64,000 nt of DNA from Dehalococcoidia bacterium (GCA_963665075.1 OY762063.1:1508832-1572831), one strand, 5' to 3'. Counted from the stretch's first letter, positions 28,285 through 37,661 are shown. Notes: generated by a model not told the origin, from the sequence alone. Translations and numbers: made by a program.

Positions 28285-29430
28285 CTAAGCCTCCGGCGCG
28301 TCCAGAATTTCCAGAATCTCATCAGCCACGTACAGTTGAGGTCGCCGTTTAGAAACCATCCGTATAGTTCCCACCGAGGCCAGTCTGCCCAAAGCTCTGC
28401 GCGCGCCCGCCGGCGTCATGTCCAGAATTTCCCTGGCCCTTGGGGACGTCATGAACGGATTGGCGAAGAGCTCGTCGACTAGACGAGATTCGCTGGCCGA
28501 TGCCCTTCTTCCCAATAGTTCCACCCTATAGCGTTCCTGTAGGTCTCGCAGTTTCCTAATCCGCGCCACCACGTCCAGCGACTCCTCCCACACGCCGGTC
28601 AGAAAATACTCAAGCCAACGCTCCCAATCGCCCGTTGCGCTGACGTTGAAAAGCTCGTCATAGTAGCGTTGCCGGTTCCGTTCGAAGTAGGCGCTCAGAT
28701 ACAGCAGGGGGTTGGAAAGAACGCCGCTCTCCTTTAGAAACAGGGTGATGAGCAAGCGCCCGATTCTCCCGTTGCCGTCCCGATATGGGTGAATTGCCTC
28801 GAACTGGTAGTGCATCAGCGCGCACTTCACCAGGGGCGGCATCTCCAAATCAGCGTTGGCGAACTCTTCCCAGTCATGGAACAGGTCGCGCAGCATATCC
28901 GGCGGCGGGGGAACGAACCTAGCGTTCCGCATGGAAGACCCCGGCGCGCCTATCCAAACCTGTAGCGTACGAAATTCCCCGGGACGCTTTTCCTGCCCGC
29001 GCACTCCTGACATGAGAACTCTGTGAATCTCGTTGATAAGCCTGTAAGAGATTGGCACGTCTGGCAGCAGAGAGATGCCCAATTCAAGAGCATTCACGTA
29101 GTTGACGACTTCCTCAACGTCGTCGTTGGGACGCCTCTTGCGGACTGCCTCATGGGAAAGCACATCGGAGAGAGACGCAATGGTTCCTTCTATGCGAGAA
29201 GACAACAAGGCCTCTCTCCGCATCATTGGAGAAATCAGCAGGTCAGGATTTGGGATGTTTTCGCCCAGGGCTGACAGAGAAGCTATGGCCCGGGACGCAT
29301 TGTCCAGAACCGAAACCAGATGGGAACTATAGCTTAACTCCCGCGGAAGAGAGGCAGGCGCGAAAGCCATCTGACTCTCCACAGTGGGAACCAGGGTTCC
29401 GTGTGGATCAGGCCCAAGTCTTTTCAGCAA
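28285..29430 (-). CDS. Fic family protein with C-terminal HTH (start approximate)
   Basis: EALLSSRIEGT inhibitory-helix motif, HYQFEAIHPYRDGNGRIGR Fic motif; lower GC; next to a tRNA. Confidence 0.9.
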   Translation of the reverse strand: MLKRLGPDPHGTLVPTVESQMAFAPASLPRELSYSSHLVSVLDNASRAIASLSALGENIPNPDLLISPMMRREALLSSRIEGTIASLSDVLSHEAVRKRRPNDDVEEVVNYVNALELGISLLPDVPISYRLINEIHRVLMSGVRGQEKRPGEFRTLQVWIGAPGSSMRNARFVPPPPDMLRDLFHDWEEFANADLEMPPLVKCALMHYQFEAIHPYRDGNGRIGRLLITLFLKESGVLSNPLLYLSAYFERNRQRYYDELFNVSATGDWERWLEYFLTGVWEESLDVVARIRKLRDLQERYRVELLGRRASASESRLVDELFANPFMTSPRAREILDMTPAGARRALGRLASVGTIRMVSKRRPQLYVADEILEILDAPEA

Positions 29431-29432
29431 AG

Positions 29433-29652
29433 GAAACTCCGGTATCCCTTCTCTGAGCTTTGGAAACTTTTGGCTCGAATTATATCCTTTGCAGGATAAT
29501 CGCTTGGTGAAGAGAAACTCCAGTATCCCTTCGGCAAAATTGGGGTACTTTTCAAACCAGAAGTATCCTTCGTGTGAAAGCTCCGATAAAAAGATACTCC
29601 GGTATCCCTACGGTTTGCGGAAGGATACTCTGCGCCCTAAAAGTATCATTCC
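29433..29652 (+). repeat. ~40-bp-phased array of TATCC motifs with inverted partners
   Basis: TATCC/TATCA at 29443, 29483, 29524, 29564, 29603, 29644; GAWACTCCRGTATCCCT at 29433, 29514, 29593. Confidence 0.75.
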
Positions 29653-29720
29653 CAGTACATGGTTGAAACCAGGCTTTCAACTCCACGCCCCGCCCCGCAT
29701 CCTAACCATCCCCGCAACCC

Positions 29721-30260
29721 TTAGGAATCGAGGAGATACGCCCCCAAGAGGATGTCCAGGGAGATCATGAGCATCTTGTTCCAGGCTACGCTGGCTTCCG
29801 CGGCTTTTCGGAGGTCGCCGAGTTCGTCTTCGAATATCTGGATCAGGCGGGTCTGGTACCAGGAGACGGTGCCGATGACGAACTGGGAGGGGACGGGAGG
29901 CAATCCGGGCCGGTGGATGGGGATGTCGCGGTGCATGGCGCTGACGGCTATCAGATAGCGGGCAAAGGCGTCGTTGGAGGGCGCCTGGGCCAGATAGTTC
30001 AACCACTGCATCATGGAATCCTTGTTGTCCTTGACGCGCTTGGGGTCGGGCGTGCCGTCGTCGTAGGAGAAGAAGCGACCGGCGTTGGGGTACTCGAATA
30101 TGAGGTCGTAGACTTCGGTGGTCAGCTGGTCGGCATAACGGCGGACGATGGGGCCGGTGGACCGGATCAGCTTGCGGTCTTCCTCGGTCAGGTTCACGTA
30201 TTGGCTTATCTCGCGGAGTCGTTCCGGCCAGTTCGTTTTTTGCTTGCCAGTGGTGGTCAT
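29721..30260 (-). CDS. Protoglobin/globin-sensor-like stand-alone protein
   Basis: YVNLTEEDRKLI, EVYDLIFEYP..RFF, VSAMH, AWNKMLMI.LD pattern. Confidence 0.65.
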   Translation of the reverse strand: MTTTGKQKTNWPERLREISQYVNLTEEDRKLIRSTGPIVRRYADQLTTEVYDLIFEYPNAGRFFSYDDGTPDPKRVKDNKDSMMQWLNYLAQAPSNDAFARYLIAVSAMHRDIPIHRPGLPPVPSQFVIGTVSWYQTRLIQIFEDELGDLRKAAEASVAWNKMLMISLDILLGAYLLDS

Positions 30261-30440
30261 GTTTCCCTTCAATCCTGATGGGTTGCAGGCGTGGATGATG
30301 CTACCCCCAAGGCAAGGGGGTGTCAAGCGCATTTTGTCACTTTTGGGGTTCTCCCTCCCTTGACACGGACGGAGTAATGGGTAAACTTTAGGGAACCGGG
30401 GCTGGCAAAGCCCGGAAACCTAGCTTAGAGGGGACTTGCT

Positions 30441-30716
30441 ATGTGGAAAGTTAACGTTGACATCGTCTATTGCGTACCTTGACAGTATCACGCGACCGCC
30501 ACGTGGATGGCGAATGAGTTCTACCGATACTTCGGCGCCGACATCGGCATTTCTTTGACTCCAGGGGCCAACGGCCGTTTGGAGGTCTACCTGGACGGCG
30601 AGAAGATCTTCGACCGTTCGGAAGAAGACGGCAAGTACCCCGACCTCACGAGGGTGAAGGAGCTTCGCGACGTAATTCAGGCGAAGGTGGACTCCCTGGC
30701 GGTAGCCGCCGCCTAG
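30441..30716 (+). CDS. Rdx/SelW-family selenoprotein (CxxU)
   Basis: MWKVNVDIVYCVP-TGA(30480-30482)-QYHATATW..LTPGANGRLEVYLDGEKIFDR..KYPD; hairpin CGCCA-CGTGGA-TGGCG shortly after the UGA. Confidence 0.88.
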
Positions 30717-30737
30717 CTTCCGCTTAGAACCGACTTG

Positions 30738-30772
30738 GAAGACCCCTCGCGACGAGGGGTCTTCTGCTTTTT
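30738..30772 (+). terminator. Intrinsic terminator
   Basis: GAAGACCCCTCG-CGA-CGAGGGGTCTTC followed by TGCTTTTT. Confidence 0.75.
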
Positions 30773-30828
30773 CGAACATGGGGCTAGAATCCAGGGGACT
30801 GCTCAATGACATTCTAGGAGGAGAGACT

Positions 30829-31338
30829 ATGAAGGGCATTCGACGGGTTGTAACGGGAATCAATGAGAAGGGGGAGGCGGTCTTCACCGGCGACGGGCCG
30901 GCGCCGTTTACCAAGGCGAGCGAGATTCTTGGCGGATGGGCGGTGGACATCTGGGAGATGGCGTCGATTCCGCCGGAGCTTTCCGACGACGGGGCCTTGA
31001 CCACGGGCGGCGGGTTCCCCAAGGAGGGCAGCCTGGTGTTTCGGATGGTGAAGATGCCGGCGGAGTCCGTCCTTCGGGCAAACCCGGAGGAAGCCGAGGA
31101 GTATATGGGCGGGCCTATAGACCTGGACTCGGAGGATTTCGGGATGCACCGCAGCGACACGGTGGACCTGATAATCATACTGTCCGGCGAGGTGTGGGCG
31201 GTGATGGGGAATGGCGACGAGACGCTGCTCAAGCCGGGGGACACGCTGATCCAGCGGGGAACGGTGCATACGTGGCGGAATCGCGGGTCGGAGCCGTGCG
31301 TGATGGCGGCGGTATTGGTGGGAACGGAGCCGGTTTGA
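30829..31338 (+). CDS. Cupin domain protein
   Basis: RRVVTG, MHRSDTVD..ILSGE, PGDTLIQRGTVHTWRN. Confidence 0.88.
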   Translation: MKGIRRVVTGINEKGEAVFTGDGPAPFTKASEILGGWAVDIWEMASIPPELSDDGALTTGGGFPKEGSLVFRMVKMPAESVLRANPEEAEEYMGGPIDLDSEDFGMHRSDTVDLIIILSGEVWAVMGNGDETLLKPGDTLIQRGTVHTWRNRGSEPCVMAAVLVGTEPV

Positions 31339-31516
31339 CGGCGGCGGGGCCAGAGAGATTCTGCGCTGCGGTCAGGATGACGGGCGGGGATTTTCGTTGA
31401 CGGGGTTGGCGTGCGTTGATAGAGTAGGTTTCAGGGTGTGGGCGGTAGTAATTTCAGCCTTGAGCGAATAGGCGCGGACAACGGAGAAAGAGATGGCGTC
31501 GAAATAGGCGATTCCG

Positions 31517-31870
31517 ATGTTTAAGACTGGCAAGGAGGTTCGCTATCTTGTTATATTCCTTGTCCAGTTCCTGCCGCTTACGGGGCTGCGCATCTATTAT
31601 GAACTGAGGGCCGACCCGGAGGATGCGCTGACCGCACTCTTCGACGTTATCGAGGGATTGGCGCCGATAATAGTATTAGTCACAGCGACAACGGTGTTGC
31701 TGGAGGAAGGAGGAGAAGTGCTGGCAGAAAGGTACACGCAGCGGAGGTATAACGAGGGGAGAGCGGATGAGCGCGCTCTATGGCGGGCGTGGAACGAGCG
31801 CCGCATGGAGGCGGAGGCCGATGGCAGGCCCTTCGATGAGCCGCCGCCCGATGAGAGGGACGGCAGGTAA
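31517..31870 (+). CDS. Hypothetical membrane protein with WxxWNxRR..PFDEPPP C-terminus
   Basis: Two hydrophobic helices; C-terminal module duplicated downstream. Confidence 0.65.
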   Translation: MFKTGKEVRYLVIFLVQFLPLTGLRIYYELRADPEDALTALFDVIEGLAPIIVLVTATTVLLEEGGEVLAERYTQRRYNEGRADERALWRAWNERRMEAEADGRPFDEPPPDERDGR

Positions 31871-31927
31871 CACGGTCTGGGATTGGGCTGTGCAAAGCCA
31901 ATCCACCCGTGGCAAGAGATAGATTAG

Positions 31928-32074
31928 ATGTTTCTATCGGAAAGATACAAGCAGAGAAAGTATAACGAGGGGAAGGCAGAGGCGCACGCCCTGTGGCGGG
32001 ATTGGAACACGCGCCGCATGGAGGCGGAGGCCGAAGGCAAGCCCTTCGATGAGCCGCCGCCCGATGAGAAGTAG
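31928..32074 (+). CDS. Small protein (48 aa), stand-alone copy of the upstream C-terminal module
   Basis: MFLSERYKQRKYNEGKAEAHALWRDWNTRRMEAEAEGKPFDEPPPDEK. Confidence 0.55.
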   Translation: MFLSERYKQRKYNEGKAEAHALWRDWNTRRMEAEAEGKPFDEPPPDEK

Positions 32075-32140
32075 CATCGCGGCAATCTCGCGGCGGTTAG
32101 GCTACAAGTTTCAGTAATACAACTTCAGGAAGGTGACGCA

Positions 32141-34429
32141 GTGACGGAATATCAGCCCAACATGGTATTGGCGACAAAGACTTACAACGTGGTGGGGACG
32201 CGGCCCATCCGGCACGACGGCGCGGACAAGGTGACGGGCGCCGCCAAGTATGGCGCGGACTTCAATCCCGCCATCGTCCTCTACGGCAAGGTGCTCAGAA
32301 GTCCCCACGCCCACGCCGTTATCCGCTCCATCGACACTTCCGCGGCGGAGACGTTGCCGGGGGTGAAGGCGGTGGTCACCAACCGCGACTTTCACACCAA
32401 GCCGGACGAGTCGGACTCCAGGGTTGACCTGGGGGAGAGCGTCGCCAGCCTGAAGTTCATGCGCGACAACGTGCTGGCCAGCGACAAGGCGTTGTACAAG
32501 GGTCACGCCGTAGCGGGAGTTGCCGCCGAGAGTCCCAACATCGCGGAAGAGGCGTTGTCTCTCATCAAAGTCGATTATGAGCCGATGCCGTCGGTTCTCA
32601 CGGCACCGGAGGGCGCGGAGGATGACGCGTCGCTTCTTCATAGAGGATTGAAGACGCAGGAGATGGGCGTGGCCCACGACGACGCCAGCAACGTGGCCAA
32701 GAAGTTCCGTCACTCGCTGGGGGACGTGGAGAAGGGGTTCGCCGAGGCGGACATCGTTATCGAGCGGGAGTTCAACACGAAGACGGTCCATCAGGGGTAC
32801 ATCGAACCTCACGCCACCGTCGCCTTCTGGAACCGGGACGGACGGCTGACCATCTGGTTGAGCACCCAGGCGCCCTTCGAGGTACGGAGCACAGTGGCCC
32901 AGATGCTTGAGCTGCCAGTTTCTCAGATTCGGGTTGTGCCCTTGGAGATCGGAGGCGGATTCGGCGGGAAGATTCCCGTATATCTGGAGCCGGTGGCGGC
33001 GTTGCTTTCGAGAAAGGCGGGCGTGCCGGTGAAGCTGGTGATGTCGCGGCAGGAGGTGTTCGAGGGGACGGGGCCGACGCCGGGTTCGTACATGAAGTTG
33101 AAGATGGGGGCGACGAAGGACGGGCGAATCGTGGCGGGTCAGGCGTATCTGGCCTACGAGGCGGGGGCGTATCCGGGCTCGCCGGTGGACGCGGGCGCGG
33201 CGTGTCTGTTCGCCTGCTACGACATTCCGAACGTGGAGATAGAGGGGCTGGACGTGGTGGTGAACAAGCCTAAGACGGCGGCGTACCGCGCGCCGGGGGC
33301 GACGAACACCGCCTTCGCCGCAGAGACCATCGTGGACGAAATGGCGGAGGCGTTGGGGATGGATTCGATGGAGTTCCGGTTGAAGAACACGTCGAAGATA
33401 GGCACGAGACGGGCGGACGGCCCCACGCACGTCAGCATGGGAATGCCGGAATTGATGGAAGCGATGCGGGACCATCCCCACTGGAAGGCGCCGCTGGGCG
33501 GGCCGAACCGGGGCCGGGGAGCAGCCGTTGGCTTCTGGTTCAACATCGGCATGGCGTCCAGTTGCAGCATCAGCGTCAGCACCGACGGGAAAGTGAACCT
33601 GGTGGAGGGGAACCCGGACATCGGGGGCACGAGGGCTTCCATAGCGATGCAGGCGGCGGAGGTGCTGGGACTGCGGGCGGAGGACGTGAACCCCACCGTC
33701 GTTGACACGGACCTTATCGGGTACACGGCGCTCACGGCGGGAAGCCGGACGACGTTCGCCACGGGCTGGGCGGCGTACCAGGCCGCCCATGAGGTGAAGC
33801 GTCAGATGATTGCAAGGGCTGCTTCTATATGGGACGTGGACGCCGATACGGTGGAGTTGAAGGACGGCACGTTCTCATCCATAGTAGACCCGGAATTGCA
33901 GATGAGCTTCAAGGATTTGGCCGGACGGTTGAACAGCACGGGCGGGCCGATTATGGGGTCGGCGACCATCGACCCCAAGGGGGTTGGGGGCTCGGCGTCG
34001 GGCTGCATCGTGGACGTGGAGGTGGACCCTGAGACGCACAAGGTGGACATCGTGCGGGTGACGGCTTTCCAGGACGCGGGAAAGGCGGTGCATCCGAGCT
34101 ACGTGGAGGGGCAGATGCAGGGCGGCACGGTTCAGGGCATCGGCTGGGGTCTGAACGAGGAGTATTTCTATACGGACGACGGGCAGATGGCGAACGGGAC
34201 GTTCCTGGACTACCGGATGCCGACGTCGCTGGACCTGCCGATGATAGACACGGTGATAATCGAGGTGCACAACCCCGGCCACCCGTATGGGGTGCGGGGC
34301 GTGGGGGAGGCGTCCATCATCCCACCGCCGGCCGCCTTGGCCAACGCGATCTACGCGGCGACGGGAATCCGGATGGAGACGCTGCCAATGAATCCGGGGG
34401 CAATTTTCGAGGCGACGGGCGGGGGATAG
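32141..34429 (+). CDS. Xanthine dehydrogenase family molybdopterin-binding subunit
   Basis: DKVTGAAKY, LRSPHAHA, GGGFGGK, AYRAPG, GQMQGG, GVRGVGE. Confidence 0.92.
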   Translation: MTEYQPNMVLATKTYNVVGTRPIRHDGADKVTGAAKYGADFNPAIVLYGKVLRSPHAHAVIRSIDTSAAETLPGVKAVVTNRDFHTKPDESDSRVDLGESVASLKFMRDNVLASDKALYKGHAVAGVAAESPNIAEEALSLIKVDYEPMPSVLTAPEGAEDDASLLHRGLKTQEMGVAHDDASNVAKKFRHSLGDVEKGFAEADIVIEREFNTKTVHQGYIEPHATVAFWNRDGRLTIWLSTQAPFEVRSTVAQMLELPVSQIRVVPLEIGGGFGGKIPVYLEPVAALLSRKAGVPVKLVMSRQEVFEGTGPTPGSYMKLKMGATKDGRIVAGQAYLAYEAGAYPGSPVDAGAACLFACYDIPNVEIEGLDVVVNKPKTAAYRAPGATNTAFAAETIVDEMAEALGMDSMEFRLKNTSKIGTRRADGPTHVSMGMPELMEAMRDHPHWKAPLGGPNRGRGAAVGFWFNIGMASSCSISVSTDGKVNLVEGNPDIGGTRASIAMQAAEVLGLRAEDVNPTVVDTDLIGYTALTAGSRTTFATGWAAYQAAHEVKRQMIARAASIWDVDADTVELKDGTFSSIVDPELQMSFKDLAGRLNSTGGPIMGSATIDPKGVGGSASGCIVDVEVDPETHKVDIVRVTAFQDAGKAVHPSYVEGQMQGGTVQGIGWGLNEEYFYTDDGQMANGTFLDYRMPTSLDLPMIDTVIIEVHNPGHPYGVRGVGEASIIPPPAALANAIYAATGIRMETLPMNPGAIFEATGGG

Positions 34430-34468
34430 GGGGTGGTCTCAAGGATAATGAGGGAGGGCGGGATTGAT

Positions 34469-35200
34469 ATGGAGTCGTGGCTTCGCAAGGTGCATCACGG
34501 GGATTGCGTTGAACTAATGGACAGGATGCCCGCCAAGTCGGTTGGCCTGATAGTCACGAGCCCGCCGTACAACATCAAGAACAGTACCGGAAACGGGCTG
34601 AGGAACGGCAGCGGCGGCAAGTGGCCCCAGGCGGGGCTGATTGAGGGATACGCCAGCCATGACGACGCGATGCCGCATGACGAATACGTGGCATGGCAAC
34701 GCCGCTGTCTGAGGTCTATGATGCGAGTGCTTCGGGAGGACGGAGCCATCTTCTACAATCACAAGTGGCGGGTGCAGGGCGGGCTGCTGCAAGACCGGGC
34801 GGACATTTTGGAGGGGTTTCCCGTCCGGCAGATAATCATCTGGCAGAGAAGCGGGGGGATTAACTTCAATCCTGGCTATTTCCTTCCGACATATGAGGTC
34901 ATTTATCTGATAGCCAAACCGGATTTCAGGCTGGCGTCCAAGGCCAACGCGCGGGGTGACGTGTGGCGCATTTCGCAGGAGAGCAACAACCTTCATCCCG
35001 CGCCGTTTCCGGTGGAACTAGCGCGTAGGTGCATAGAGTCGACCACGGCTCGGATTGTGCTGGACCCGTTCATGGGGTCGGGGACGACGGCTCTGGCGGC
35101 AGAGATGGCGGGAAGGGAGTGGGTCGGGATGGAGATTTCGGCAGAGTATTGTCGTGTGGCACAGGAGCGAATACGGGTGGTGCAGGGAAAGATCCTTTGA
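34469..35200 (+). CDS. Site-specific DNA methyltransferase (N4/N6, beta class; start approximate)
   Basis: IVTSPPYN, HPAPFP, LDPFMGSGTT. Confidence 0.92.
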   Translation: MESWLRKVHHGDCVELMDRMPAKSVGLIVTSPPYNIKNSTGNGLRNGSGGKWPQAGLIEGYASHDDAMPHDEYVAWQRRCLRSMMRVLREDGAIFYNHKWRVQGGLLQDRADILEGFPVRQIIIWQRSGGINFNPGYFLPTYEVIYLIAKPDFRLASKANARGDVWRISQESNNLHPAPFPVELARRCIESTTARIVLDPFMGSGTTALAAEMAGREWVGMEISAEYCRVAQERIRVVQGKIL

Positions 35201-35897
35201 CCGTTTCTCCTCCTCGTAGTCAACGGCAACTCTTTGAACGGGTCAGGGCGGTTATAGCGCATGGATGGTATGACTTGCCGAAAGGCCCTCCATACGGCGG
35301 CACGGGCGCGCCTGGCAGGTTTCTTGAGGATGTATTGGGGCTGACAGCGGGGTCGGTGGATATGCCTGACGCCGTGGGGTGGGAGTTGAAGTGGCATACT
35401 GAGAAGACCCACTTGACCACTCTTTTCCATAAAGAAGCGGACGGGCCGGAAGGGGTTATGCGGGATATGGTGCGGAAGTACGGGTGGAAAGACCCGAAAG
35501 GTCGGTTGAGCTTTCGGCATACTATCAGGGGACGTTCGGACAGATTCAGGGTGGAGGACAACGGAGGTCATCTGTTGGTACGACCTCGGAGGGGGAAAGG
35601 GCCTGTTCCATACTGGTCGCATGAAGAATTGCTGGCAGCGGCGGCGGCAAAGCTGCGCCGGCTAATCATGGTGAAGGGCGAGCGGAAGAGCCGGAAGGTG
35701 AGATTTCTCAAGGCGGACGCTTACGAGACTTTCAATATCGTGGACTTCGTGTTGGAAGTTCTACGGGGCGAAATTGCCATGACTTTGATTGCAGGGAAGC
35801 GCGGCCGGGGAGTGCTGGGCTGCGGAATCACGGAACTAAGTTCCGAATAGCGCCGGATTCGATATGCCGATTGTATATGCGGAAGGAGCGGTTGTAG
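35197..35897 (+). pseudogene. MvaI/BcnI-family restriction endonuclease, frameshifted near 35780
   Basis: TTG overlaps the MTase stop; G..GRFLEDVLG, PD..GWELK, TTLFHKE; expected C-terminus DFDCRE..LRNHGTKFRI lies in another frame from 35781. Confidence 0.75.
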
Positions 35898-35919
35898 GTA
35901 GAGGATGGGTTCCCGCTTG

Positions 35920-36240
35920 TTAGGGGGACCAGCGGTAGGTGGCGATGTCGGAGGAGCGGACTTCGAAGTGCTTGACCCAGTATTCCCCGGCGTAGAGGTG
36001 GTCGGCGGCGCGGGCGTTGGCGTGCCGCTGGGGGCTCTTGTCGTAGGCTTCCACTTCTTCGGCAGTGTCCCAGAAGGTGATGGAGATGCCTTCGTCGGGA
36101 TTTTCGGTGCTGCGTAGAAGCTGGCGACCGCTGAAGCCGGGCATCTTCTCGCCGAGGGCCTGGATGTTTTCGTTATAGTGGGCCTCGTATTCGTCCCACC
36201 TGCCAGGTTTGATTTTTCCCCAGAAGATTCTGACGTACAT
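35920..36240 (-). CDS. Antibiotic biosynthesis monooxygenase (ABM)-like protein
   Basis: KIKPGRWDEY, PGFSG..LL, ISITFWDT.E. Confidence 0.75.
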   Translation of the reverse strand: MYVRIFWGKIKPGRWDEYEAHYNENIQALGEKMPGFSGRQLLRSTENPDEGISITFWDTAEEVEAYDKSPQRHANARAADHLYAGEYWVKHFEVRSSDIATYRWSP

Positions 36241-36324
36241 TTTTTGTTTCTCCTTTTGATCGTTTACGCATCTATGCTGGCGGGCGTCCACAAGGGACGC
36301 CCCTACGAGTGGGTTACGGAGCCG

Positions 36325-36678
36325 TCAATGTTTCTCAACGTCGGGGTCGAGGAGGAGGCAGGGTTCTCCCCACTGGTTGGGGCTTTGGAGATTCCACGGC
36401 TCCTGATTGTCGACGGGTTTGAGGCGGATGCCCTCGTTGCCGCCGAATACGAGAGTGACGACCCCTTCTCCCGAGTCGGCTACCGGGACGGCGTAGGCGG
36501 GGCATGGGCCGTCGGCGGACCAGCCGGTTACGCTGCACGTGGCGTCGGCGCCCATAGGATCGGGGGCGGCGACGGCGGTTATGGGTTGGACGGGGCCAAG
36601 GGTTTGGAAGATTCTATGCAGGGGCCAGCAGTTGTCGTTTTCTTCCACTTCCACGTCAATGTATCGGGGTTGGTTCAT
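36325..36678 (-). CDS. Hypothetical protein
   Basis: Clean 117-aa ORF between genes. Confidence 0.6.
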   Translation of the reverse strand: MNQPRYIDVEVEENDNCWPLHRIFQTLGPVQPITAVAAPDPMGADATCSVTGWSADGPCPAYAVPVADSGEGVVTLVFGGNEGIRLKPVDNQEPWNLQSPNQWGEPCLLLDPDVEKH

Positions 36679-36830
36679 GGGTTAAAGTTACCATCGGGGT
36701 GGATGCAAGTCTAGCGTTGGGGTTGGGGGGTGGGCGGCATTGACACTTTTGGGGTGATTTGTTAGACTGCGAATCGGGTTGGCAATCTGCCCAAGAGACT
36801 GCTAAATCGCAACAAACGGAGAGAATAACG

Positions 36831-37175
36831 GTGCCCCGCTACGATTACGAATGCCTGAGTTGCAGCAACGTGTTCGAGTTGAAGCAGAGTTTCAGCGACG
36901 AGCCCGTGGCCGACTGCCCGTTGTGCGGCAGCCGCTCCCGGCGCAAGTTCCACGCCGTGCCCGTCATCTACAAGGGCTCCGGCTTCTACACCACGGACTA
37001 CGCCCGTTCCAGCCTGCGGGCCAACGGAACGGGTTCCAACTCTTATGAGGAGTCCGAGAAGAAGGAGAAGGCGTCGTCCAAGTCGGAGAAGAAGGACGCG
37101 TCCAAGTCCGGCGCTTCGGATAGCAAGAAAAGCTCCGACAGCGCGGTTTCCAGCAGTTCCCGTTCGGGGGACTAG
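36831..37175 (+). CDS. FmdB-family zinc ribbon protein
   Basis: PRYDYECLSC..CPLC..YKGSGFYTTDY plus Ser/Lys-rich tail. Confidence 0.9.
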   Translation: MPRYDYECLSCSNVFELKQSFSDEPVADCPLCGSRSRRKFHAVPVIYKGSGFYTTDYARSSLRANGTGSNSYEESEKKEKASSKSEKKDASKSGASDSKKSSDSAVSSSSRSGD

Positions 37176-37181
37176 CGTCCT

Positions 37182-37646
37182 GTGAGGGCCCTGCTCCAAC
37201 GGGCAGCGGCGGCCTCCGTTTCCATCGATGGCGAAACCGTCGCCAGCATAGGCCGTGGGCTGGTTGTGCTTCTGGGGGTGGCGCGGGAGGACGGGGAGGC
37301 GGACGCGGAGTACCTGGTGGGCAAGACGGTCAATCTTCGCATATTTCCTGACGAGTCGGGGCATTTCGATCTGTCGGCTTTGGACGTGGGGGCGGATTTG
37401 CTGGTGGTGAGCCAGTTTACGCTGTACGCGGCGACGCGGAAGGGGCGTCGGCCGGACTTCACCGCCGCGGCGCCGCCAGGGGAGGCGGAGGGGTTGTATG
37501 AGCGGACGGTGGCGTTGTTTCGGGAATCGGGGCTACGGGTGGAGACGGGGCGGTTCGGGGCGTTGATGACGGTAAGCATTGAGAATGAGGGGCCGGTTAC
37601 GATTATGCTGGACAGCGCGGACCGGCGGAGGCCGAGGAGGGGGTAG
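37182..37646 (+). CDS. dtd: D-aminoacyl-tRNA deacylase
   Basis: MRALLQR, LRIF, SQFTL, KGRRP, NEGPVT. Confidence 0.93.
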   Translation: MRALLQRAAAASVSIDGETVASIGRGLVVLLGVAREDGEADAEYLVGKTVNLRIFPDESGHFDLSALDVGADLLVVSQFTLYAATRKGRRPDFTAAAPPGEAEGLYERTVALFRESGLRVETGRFGALMTVSIENEGPVTIMLDSADRRRPRRG

Positions 37647-37661
37647 GGGAAGGCTTGCGGG

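Noticed and set aside
28199-29430. Integrative element at tRNA-Gly
   Set aside because: No integrase and no duplicated tRNA 3' end seen in the window
29433-29652. Array as canonical DnaA boxes or CRISPR
   Set aside because: GTATCCCT differs from TTATCCACA, and the repeats are too short and degenerate for CRISPR; kept as an unexplained array
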